Shown here: positions 44,865-53,800 of the stretch, piece after piece
How the letters are laid out: each line of letters starts with the position of its first letter
Numbering within the stretch: the first letter of the stretch is position 1
Source: Patescibacteria group bacterium
Lineage (GTDB): Bacteria; Patescibacteriota; Minisyncoccia; Minisyncoccales; RBG-13-42-11
Assembly (NCBI GenBank): GCA_035529635.1
Contig: DATKWJ010000018.1
Coordinates: 3,823 to 67,822, forward strand
DNA: 64,000 nt
Reading direction: 5' to 3'
Notes under the pieces: generated by a model
What the model saw: only the letters and a program-made list of their open reading frames with translations
Told to the model about the DNA's origin: nothing
The model's database searches: none
Made by a program: the position numbers and the translations under genes

Positions 44865-47800
44865 TTAATTTTCACCGGTTTTTTCCTTTATTTCCACGCT
44901 CAAACCCATTGATTTTAATTCAGCCACCAATAAATTGAAAGAAGCGGGAATGTTGGGAGTTTTTATTTCTTCTCCTTTCAAAATCGCTTCGTAAGTGGCT
45001 GCCCGGCCCGTAACATCGTCGGATTTGATGGTCAGCATTTCTTGAAGAGTGTAGGCCGCGCCGTATCCTTCCAAAGCCCAAACTTCCATTTCTCCGAATC
45101 TCTGGCCGCCGAATTGCGCTTTGCCGCCGAGCGGCTGCTGGGTGATCAAAGAATAAGGGCCGATGCTTCTCATATGGATTTTATCTTCAACCATATGAAT
45201 CAGCTTCATCATGTAAATATAGCCGATGGTGATTTTTTTGGGAAAAGGCAAACCGGTTCTGCCGTCATACAGGGTAATTTTTCCGTCTTCCGGCAAGCCG
45301 GCTTCTTTTAATTCTCTTTTAATATCCGTTTCGTCGGCTCCGGCCAAGGCTGGGGTAACTGCCTGATATCCCAAAGTTTTGGCCGCCCAGCTGAGATGAG
45401 TTTCCAAAATCTGGCCGAGATTCATTCTGGAAGCAACGCTCATCGGATTCAAAATAATGTCAACCGGCGTGCCGTCAGCCAAAAAAGGCATTTCCTCGAG
45501 AGGTAAAACTTTTGAAACAACCCCTTTGTTGCCATGGCGGCCGGCCAGTTTGTCACCGGCTTTGATCTGCCTTAACTGGGCTATTTCCACCTCAATCCTC
45601 TTTATTACGCCTGGTTCCAGTTTATGCCCGGCTTCGCGGGAAAAAACCTTGACTCCCACGACCCTGCCTCTTTTGCCGTATTCCATTGTCAGAGAAGTGT
45701 CTTTGACTTCCCTGGCTTTTTCCCCGAAAATGGCCCTTAACAATCTTTCCTCGGCTGTCAGGTCAGCTTCGCCTTTGGGCGAGATTTTTCCGACCAGAAT
45801 GTCGTTAGGCCCGACTTCGGCTCCGATTCTGATGATTCCTTCTTCATCCAAATCTTTCAATTTTTCCTCGGAAACATTGGGAATGTCCGGAGTGGTGATT
45901 TCCGGCCCCAGCTTCGTTTCCCTGACATCGCAGACAAAACTTTCAATGTGGATCGAAGTGTAAACGTCGTCTTTAACCATTCTCTCGGAAACAATAATGG
46001 CGTCTTCGAAATTGCCGCCCCGCCAAGGCATGAAAGCCACTAAAATATTCTGGCCCAAAGCCAGAGAGCCGTGGCTGATCGCGCCGCCGTCAGTCAAAAT
46101 GTCTCCTTTTTTGATTTTTTGGTTTTTTTCAACGATCGGCTTCTGATGAAAGCAAGTGTATTGATTGGTCCTGATGAAATTATTCAAATTATAGGTTTTT
46201 GATTTTTGCTTTTTGTCCTTTGATGATTTGACGACGATGCGGGAGGCGTCAACTTCAGTCACCAGACCGTCGTCCTCAGCCACGATTACCTGGCCCGAAT
46301 CTTTGGCCACGTCTTTTTCCACTCCGGTTGAAACCAAAGGTGGTTCCGGCGAAAGCAAAGGAACCGACTGGCGCTGCATATTGGAACCCATCAAAGCCCG
46401 GTTGGCATCGTCGTTCTGCAAAAAAGGAATACAGGAAGTGGCGATGGAAATAGACTGCTCCGAAGAAACGTCTATGAAATCAATCTTGCTCCGTTCCGTC
46501 ACGCCTGCTTCCCCTTTTATTCTGGCTTCCACTTTTTCCGGAATAATATGACCGTTATTGTCAATCGGCACTGCTCCGGAAGCAATATTGTATTTTTCTT
46601 CTTTGTAAGCCGACAAATAATGTATTTGCGAAGTTATCCTGCCTTTTTCAACTTTAAAATAAGGTGTTTCCAAAAAACCGTACTGGTTGATTCTGGCGAA
46701 CGAGGCCATATGGCCGACCAGTCCGATATTCGGTCCTTCCGGCGTCTGAATCGGGCAAATCCTGCCGTAATGGGACGGCTGGACGTCTCTGACTTCAAAA
46801 CCGGCCCGCTCGCGGGTCAGGCCGCCCGGCCCGGTGGATGATAATCTTCTTTTGTGCTCCAGTTCGGCCAAAGGATTCTCATTGTCCATGAACTGGGAAA
46901 TCTGAGAAGAAGTGAAAAATTCTTTGACCACGGCCATGAACGGCCTGGGATTGATCAGCTGGACCGGAGTAAGAGTAAAAACATCCAGAGTGGACATTCT
47001 GTCTTTGATGATTCTTTCCATTCTCATCAAACCCACTCTTAATCTGTTCTGGATGAGTTCGTTCAAAGTCCTGACTCTTCTGTTGCCCAAATGGTCGATC
47101 TGGTCAGGATTGGACCCGGGTGTATTGTTCAGTTTGATGATTTCCTTGATGACCGCCACCACGTCTGCCAACTTTAACACCCTGTCTTTAACAACGACTT
47201 CTTCCTCTTTTTTCGGTTTTAATTCCGGCAACCTCTGCCACATTCTCCAGCGGCCGACTTTGGAAAGATCGTATCTCTCAAAATTGAAGAACATGTTTTC
47301 AATCAGCTCTTTGGCGGTATCCGGCGTAGCCGGGTCTCCGGGCCTCAATCTCTGATAAATCTCCACAAAGGCCTCCGCCTGATTGTGAGTTGTGTCCTTT
47401 TTTAAAGTTTCCTCGATATATTTTATTTCTCCTTTGTCAACATCCTGGAAAGTTTCTTTAATGGCTTCGTCCTTGTCAATTCCGAAAACCCTTAAAAGGG
47501 TGGTGGCCATTATTTTCCGCTTCCTGTCGATTTTTACGCCGATGGCTCCGGATTGCTCCGTTTCAAATTCCAGCCAAGCGCCGCGGTTGGGAATGATTTT
47601 GGCGCCGAAATTGTTCTTGCCGACTGTTTTCTGGCCGGTGAAAAAAGCTCCGGGCGAACGGATCAGCTGCGGCACGGTAACCCTTTCCACGCCGTTAACA
47701 ATAAAAGTTCCCCTGTCTGTCATTAAGGGGAAATCAGTTAGAAAAACTTCCTGTTCTTTGGTCTCTTTGGTTTTCAAATTGACCAATTTGGTCTTTACTC

Positions 47801-48059
47801 TCAAAGACGCTTCAAAAGAATCATTATTCTGTTTTGCCTCCAAATCGCTCTTGTATTTCGGCTCATCCAGTTTGCAATCCAAAAACCAAAGTTCCAGCTC
47901 CTTGCCGCTGTAGTCCCTGATGGGAGAAATTTCCTGAAAAAGCTCCTTTAAATCTTTCTGCCAAAACAGCTGCCAATTATCTTTTTGGATGGAAACCAAA
48001 TAAGGAAGAGGGAGAGAAACTTTCGCCTTATTGAAGTTTTTAGTCCTAAGAAAAGCCAT
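44865..48059 (-). CDS. rpoB: DNA-directed RNA polymerase subunit beta
   Basis: 1064 aa: GDKLAGRHGNKGVVSK, FGEMEVWALEGYGAAY. Confidence 0.98.
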   Translation of the reverse strand: MAFLRTKNFNKAKVSLPLPYLVSIQKDNWQLFWQKDLKELFQEISPIRDYSGKELELWFLDCKLDEPKYKSDLEAKQNNDSFEASLRVKTKLVNLKTKETKEQEVFLTDFPLMTDRGTFIVNGVERVTVPQLIRSPGAFFTGQKTVGKNNFGAKIIPNRGAWLEFETEQSGAIGVKIDRKRKIMATTLLRVFGIDKDEAIKETFQDVDKGEIKYIEETLKKDTTHNQAEAFVEIYQRLRPGDPATPDTAKELIENMFFNFERYDLSKVGRWRMWQRLPELKPKKEEEVVVKDRVLKLADVVAVIKEIIKLNNTPGSNPDQIDHLGNRRVRTLNELIQNRLRVGLMRMERIIKDRMSTLDVFTLTPVQLINPRPFMAVVKEFFTSSQISQFMDNENPLAELEHKRRLSSTGPGGLTRERAGFEVRDVQPSHYGRICPIQTPEGPNIGLVGHMASFARINQYGFLETPYFKVEKGRITSQIHYLSAYKEEKYNIASGAVPIDNNGHIIPEKVEARIKGEAGVTERSKIDFIDVSSEQSISIATSCIPFLQNDDANRALMGSNMQRQSVPLLSPEPPLVSTGVEKDVAKDSGQVIVAEDDGLVTEVDASRIVVKSSKDKKQKSKTYNLNNFIRTNQYTCFHQKPIVEKNQKIKKGDILTDGGAISHGSLALGQNILVAFMPWRGGNFEDAIIVSERMVKDDVYTSIHIESFVCDVRETKLGPEITTPDIPNVSEEKLKDLDEEGIIRIGAEVGPNDILVGKISPKGEADLTAEERLLRAIFGEKAREVKDTSLTMEYGKRGRVVGVKVFSREAGHKLEPGVIKRIEVEIAQLRQIKAGDKLAGRHGNKGVVSKVLPLEEMPFLADGTPVDIILNPMSVASRMNLGQILETHLSWAAKTLGYQAVTPALAGADETDIKRELKEAGLPEDGKITLYDGRTGLPFPKKITIGYIYMMKLIHMVEDKIHMRSIGPYSLITQQPLGGKAQFGGQRFGEMEVWALEGYGAAYTLQEMLTIKSDDVTGRAATYEAILKGEEIKTPNIPASFNLLVAELKSMGLSVEIKEKTGEN

Positions 48060-48064
48060 AATCC

Positions 48065-48096
48065 AAAAAAGGCCCTAAACGAAAAACGCCTTAGGG
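48065..48096 (-). terminator. terminator/attenuator-like hairpin immediately upstream of rpoB
   Basis: The minus strand reads CCCTAAGGCG-TTTTT-CGTTTAGGG CC TTTTTT and ends 5 nt before the rpoB ATG. Confidence 0.4.
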
Positions 48097-48199
48097 AAGA
48101 AAAAATTATTCTACTTTTATAAAAAGAAAAGAAGCAAGATGATTTTGAAAACTCTGTTTATTTTTGCTTCGCGCGATCTAATAACAAATAGTAAATTTA

Positions 48200-48228
48200 A
48201 TAATACACCACGCCTCAAAATCTGTCAA
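48200..48228 (-). promoter_or_regulatory. near-consensus promoter for rpoBC
   Basis: On the minus strand: TTGACA (48228-48223), a 17-nt spacer, then TATTAT (48205-48200). Confidence 0.55.
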
Positions 48229-48236
48229 GAGGAATT

Positions 48237-50498
48237 TTATTCTTCGGCTATAACCGCTCCACTTCTCAATTCTTCTATCCTGGCCGTTATTTCGGCATTG
48301 CCGGGATTCAATTCAAGCACTTTTTCAAAATAAGCCATGGCTTTTTCTTTTTGGCCCATATTCTGATAAGCCAGACCCAAAGAATAAAGAGAATTGGAAT
48401 GGTTGGGGAATGTTTTGATAATCGATTCAAGCAGAGAAATCGCTTCGTCGGTCCGGCCGTCATTGAGATAAAGACGTCCCAGTTGGAATAAGACATCCGT
48501 ATCATACGGTTCAAGCTTGGCCAGGTCCTCCATTTGCCTGACTGCTTCCGTCATTTTGCCTTGGCTCTCGTAGAGTAACGACAGCCGGATGGAAGCGTCG
48601 GTATAATCCGGTTTTAATTCTTTGGCTTTGTCAAATTTTTCTTTAGCTTTGGCGCTGTCGCCCATACTGAGATAGATCTTGCCCAATTCAGTATGCAGTA
48701 CTGGGTTGGTCGGTTCCAAATCAATCGCTTTTTCAAATGAATTTACGGCCCATTCCGAAGCGCCCTCGGCTGTGCCTTGGATAGTGCGGTAAACCACCCC
48801 CAAGGTTTCCCAAACAGCCACCCGGTTGGGAGATAATTCAACTACTCCTTTGACAGCAAGGTTGTTGATCAAGCCGCCTTTGAGATAAGTAAGCGTTAAA
48901 TAAATATTATTCAAAATGGCATTCTGATCTATCTGGCCGGCCGGCTTCTGGCCTTCGATAATGAGCTTGTTTAAATAATCTCTGGCTATGGTCAATTTAT
49001 ATTGCGGTTGTCCGGGATTAAGATTGGCCGCTTTTTCCAACTTTTCAATTTTTCCGCTTTCAAAATAATTTCTATAATATACGTCGGCCACGTAAAACCG
49101 GCTACCGGAAAAATAAGCGAAAGCCGCCAGTAACACGAGAAGAATAAGCAAAATCGAAAAAATCAGAGAAAGTTCCGGAAAATCTTTGAAGGAGATTGTT
49201 TTTTCTTTGGCCGTTTTCTGCCAGTTGACGACCGTTAATCCCAAAACCAACCAGAACGCGAAAGCTAAAACCGTGTTCTGGTGATAAACGAACTGCCCGA
49301 CCAATAAAGCCAGAAAGGCCATCAACAAAGGAATGCCGTTCTTGTTTCGCTGCAAAAAATGGTAGCTGATGAACAGGAAAATTGCCAACAGAACTGCATA
49401 GGAAAACAAGCCGATAAAGCCAGTTGTTCCCAAAACTTCGGCCAGATGGCTTCCCGGCCGGTCGAACCTGAACTGCCAGAGATCGTTTTGATTTAATTCT
49501 AGCGGCCTGAATTTGGCGAAACTGTAATGGAAAGTGCCGGGACCCGAGCCCAGGAACGCGCTTTTAACGTTTTCGGTTGCCGATTTTAAGGCAACCGACC
49601 AGGATGTTCCCTGCTGTAAAACCTGTTCCTGGGGCAGATAATATTTCAAAACCGTTCCTTGTATGTCCGAAGCGTTGATGAAAAGAAAAACCAGGGAAAA
49701 AACGATAAACAAAATAGGCAACAAAAGCTTGTTAATGTCTTCTTTAAAAGTCCTTTTCCGCAGAACAACGGCTAAAAACAAAATCAAGCTCAAAAATATC
49801 GTCAGCCAGGCGGGATTGAAATCAATTATTGCCAGTAGCGGAAAGATGGCCACGATCAAAAGATAATTGGCGATATTCCGGCTTTTCCCGGCCGAAACCA
49901 AAATTCTGCCGATTAAGAAGACCGAAACTACGGCCAAAAATACTGCCAATCCCTCCATGCTTCCGCTAGCCGTATTGAAAAATGTCTGCAGTATTATCGG
50001 CGGCAGAGATAAAATGCCGTTCAATTTCAGCCAAACGCCGAAAATCGAAAAATAACCAGATAGAACAACAAGAGAAACGGAAAATAAAAAAACTTTAATT
50101 ATTTTATCTATAGCGCCAGACGTCGCATCTTTCCCGACACCCGCATTATTGGTAATCAAAAAATAAAACGCGGCCAAAGAAAGCAAGCCAATCATCCCGT
50201 CGCTGAACCTGCCGTAAAATCCAAATAAACTTGAACTTTTATCAACGGAAAAAACAGCGCTTAAAACGGCCACGGCTAAAAATACCAGAACGAAAACATC
50301 CAAAGGAGAAGTTCTAAAACGAAGTTCCTTGTCGACTAAAACCATTTTTGCCAGCCAAGCCAAAACCGACAGCGAAACCAAAAAGAATAAAAGATACTGC
50401 TTATTGAATTCAAATGCCTCATAGCTGAAAGGCAGAAAAAAAAGAGGCAGTAAAAAAACCAAAGTATAAATGTTGAACTTGATGATGCGACTATACAT
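48237..50498 (-). CDS. polytopic membrane protein (O-antigen ligase/Wzy-like) with C-terminal TPR repeats
   Basis: 753 aa with about 12 or more TM helices in the first ~470 aa. Canonical TPR units follow (AKAKEKFDKAKELKPDYTDA…, YSLGLAYQNMGQKEKAMAYFEKVLELNPGNAE). Confidence 0.6.
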   Translation of the reverse strand: MYSRIIKFNIYTLVFLLPLFFLPFSYEAFEFNKQYLLFFLVSLSVLAWLAKMVLVDKELRFRTSPLDVFVLVFLAVAVLSAVFSVDKSSSLFGFYGRFSDGMIGLLSLAAFYFLITNNAGVGKDATSGAIDKIIKVFLFSVSLVVLSGYFSIFGVWLKLNGILSLPPIILQTFFNTASGSMEGLAVFLAVVSVFLIGRILVSAGKSRNIANYLLIVAIFPLLAIIDFNPAWLTIFLSLILFLAVVLRKRTFKEDINKLLLPILFIVFSLVFLFINASDIQGTVLKYYLPQEQVLQQGTSWSVALKSATENVKSAFLGSGPGTFHYSFAKFRPLELNQNDLWQFRFDRPGSHLAEVLGTTGFIGLFSYAVLLAIFLFISYHFLQRNKNGIPLLMAFLALLVGQFVYHQNTVLAFAFWLVLGLTVVNWQKTAKEKTISFKDFPELSLIFSILLILLVLLAAFAYFSGSRFYVADVYYRNYFESGKIEKLEKAANLNPGQPQYKLTIARDYLNKLIIEGQKPAGQIDQNAILNNIYLTLTYLKGGLINNLAVKGVVELSPNRVAVWETLGVVYRTIQGTAEGASEWAVNSFEKAIDLEPTNPVLHTELGKIYLSMGDSAKAKEKFDKAKELKPDYTDASIRLSLLYESQGKMTEAVRQMEDLAKLEPYDTDVLFQLGRLYLNDGRTDEAISLLESIIKTFPNHSNSLYSLGLAYQNMGQKEKAMAYFEKVLELNPGNAEITARIEELRSGAVIAEE

Positions 50499-50505
50499 AT
50501 TTTTA

Positions 50506-50808
50506 TTACTCGAAAAGATTAGATTTTTTAATGATTATCTTATAAATGTTTTCAATGAAGTCGCCTCCGGCATAGCCGACGACAAAAGCCAAAGCCGGGG
50601 TAAACTGGCCGAACAAAGTAAAGCCCGCTTCTTTGACGGCTATGGCAGCCACCAGGCCAACCAAACCGGAAAGTATCATCATGCCGGAAAAATACTTCCA
50701 TCTGAAAGCTACGTTCTTGTAAGAAAACTGATGTTTAATAAAACCGACCAAACCCCTGGTAAAACCTCCGCCAAACGCCGCAATTAATATTAATATATAT
50801 GTATTCAT
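50506..50808 (-). CDS. small 3-TM membrane protein, unknown function
   Basis: 100 aa, hydrophobic, co-oriented between two large envelope genes. Confidence 0.45.
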   Translation of the reverse strand: MNTYILILIAAFGGGFTRGLVGFIKHQFSYKNVAFRWKYFSGMMILSGLVGLVAAIAVKEAGFTLFGQFTPALAFVVGYAGGDFIENIYKIIIKKSNLFE

Positions 50809-50839
50809 ATTTTTGTGCTAAGCCGGGCTAAGCTCGAAA

Positions 50840-53800
50840 CTATGGTTTGAGTTCTGGTTCAGGTTCCAGTTCGGGTTCAGGCGCTTGTTCTAAATTACAA
50901 ACATCATTATACCAATAGAGATTTGCTCCTTCGCATAATTCCTTGGTATTGCACAAATCTAAATGTTCTTTATCGCATTGTGGCTCTGGTTTTGAATTAC
51001 AAACATTGTTTTCGCTATCCCAAACACCGCCGGCGGTTTGGCAATCCAATTCAGCTGAGCAGAGATTTAAATGAGTTACATCGCAATCTGGCGATGTTTC
51101 TCCTTCTGAAGTACCACCATCATCACTTGAACCATCGCTACCTCCGTTGCCGCCCCTGCCAGTTCCAAATATTGCCTGAAACTCGGCTTCGGTCACGCAA
51201 ACGCTTCCTACACAAAGCTGGCGGGTTTTTAAGGTATCCACTTCCAACATGCCATATTCATTGACCATCAGGCCGAACGAAGCAAGTCCCTGTTGTAATT
51301 TAATATTAACAATTTTGCCATCGTCGTTTTGTACAATATTCAAATCATTTCCCTGCCAGTGAGGATTAATAAAAATCATTATCTTGCCGTCTTTGTTATA
51401 ACCATCGTAGTTTTCTAAGGCAATTCCAATTACTCTGCCGGCTTTCGTCGCTTTCATCGCCACACCGGGTTGAACGGAAGAAGTCAAAGCATCGCCAATA
51501 ACAATCGGCCCATTTTCAGTTGAAACTTTAACCGCTACCCTCCCGGCTAAAGCCACTAAGCGAGAATTTTCCTTATTTAACCCTCCTCCCAAAATAAACC
51601 CAGGGCTTTCAGAAACTACTCCAATTAATTTTGAATCATAAGCAACTGAAGATTTTTCAATAATAAGATTTTCAGTTACCGAAACTAAATCTCCTCCTTC
51701 TGGACAATTTTGATTAGTTTGACATTGAGAATCAATCGGATATCGCTCGGCAATATCAAGAGAGCCACTTTGAGTTACTGTGCCAGTGAATATTGCGCTA
51801 CCATGAACACCAAGAGCAACAGTAGAAGTAGCTCCAGCATCAATAGTTAGGAAATAAGCCGGTGTCGTCGTCCCGATGCCGACGTTGCCTCCAATATAAA
51901 GCCCTAAATCATACTCATTAATTTCATCCCCAACAGAGCCAATAATATACATCTTTGTCCCATCTGGCTTGAAGAATAAACCCTCAGGAGTTGTTTCCTC
52001 AGTAGTTACAGAAAACAATTGGTTGAATACTGCTGTAGAAATATCCCAAGGAGTTGACAAGCTATACTCATTAACTTCATCTACTTGCTGACCAATAATA
52101 TACATCTTTGTCCCGTCTGGTTTGAAGAATAAACCATTAGGGGTTGTTTCCTCAGTAGTTACAGAAAATAATTGATTAAATATTGCTGAACTTACATTCC
52201 AAGCAGTTGACAAGCTATACTCATTAACTTCAACCCCATTCTGACCAATAACATACATCTTTGTCCCGTCTGGCTTGAAAAACAAACCTGAGGGAGTTCC
52301 TTCCTCAGTAGTTACAGAAAACAATTGAAGCCAAACTGATGATGATATATCCCAAGGAATTGATAAATCATACTCATTAACTTCATCCACCTGAGGGCCA
52401 ATAATATACATCTTTGTTCCATCTGGCTTGAAGAACAAACCATAAGGGAGTGTTTCCTCAGTAGTTACATTAAATAATTGACTATAAACTGATGATGATG
52501 TATCCCAAGCAGTTGATAAGTTATATTCATAAACTGAATCTCCATCAGAGCCAATAATATACATCTTTGTCCCATCTGGTTTAAAGAACAAATCTCTAGA
52601 GACCGCTTCTTCAGTAATTACAGACTTTAATTGCTTGAAAGAAGCTGTTCCCACATGCCAGCCAAATCCGTCAGGCGTGCCTGCAACTGTTTGTGTAGAG
52701 CCGTCTGAGAACACAAATGAATCAGTTCCTCGTATGCTTCCAGTAACGTCAAGTCTGTATAAAGGCGTCTTCGTCCCGATGCCGACATTGCCGTCAATAA
52801 TGTAAGAATCAGCAACTGACCTAAAGATATAAGCCTGGTCGGTAAAAGCAACTTGAATTTTACCATCGCTAGACATAGCAACTCTCTGAAGACCTAAGGC
52901 AGTACCCTTTTGCACCCAGGTTACTCCATAATCAGTGGAACTATAGGTAAAACCAGCATCAACCACGGCAGTTTGTATCTTACCACTACTAGACATGGCG
53001 ATGCCTTTCCAGTTCCTGGAAACATCACTGGTCCTTTGTGTCCAAGTATTCCCATAATCAGTAGAACCCCAAATATAGCCATATTGACAACCCGTCTCAC
53101 TTGCAAGAATGGCGGTCTGTATTTTGCCATCACTAGACATAGCAACAGCCTTCAGACGCCCAGGGGTACCGAGATCCTTCTGCATCCAAGTAACTCCATA
53201 ATCAGCCGAAATCCAGATGGGATTCCCACCAGCAGGACAATCGCCATAAACGACAGCAGTCTGAATTCTGCCGTCGCTAGACATAGCAACCGTGAGGAAG
53301 TTCTTTTTAGTACTAGTTCTTTGTGTCCAGGTATTTCCATGGTCAGTAGATCCCCAAATTAAACCTGTGCCGTCTGAACCAATAACGGCGGTCTGAATTC
53401 TACCGTCGCTGGATATAGCAACACTATACCATTTCTGGACACTAGCCTTCGGCGCCCAAGTATTTCCATAATTAGTAGAGACATAGATATAACCGTCATT
53501 GTCAACAGCAGTTTGAATCTTACCATCGCTGGACATAGCAACATGCCTCCAACCCCTGACAGCGTCCTTTTGTGTCCAGGTACCCCCATAATCAGTGGAA
53601 ACGTAGATAAAACCATCATGGACGACAGCAGTTTGAATCATGCCGTCGCTAGACACAGTAATACCCTTCCAATCTCTGGGGGCGTCGCTAGTTTTTTGTA
53701 CCCAGTTAGTAGCATAATTAGTCAAGCCCCACTGACTCTCCCTCAGACCGACTGAGCCGAAATATGCCCCGCCTTCCAACTGTGATAGTTGCATCTGGTC

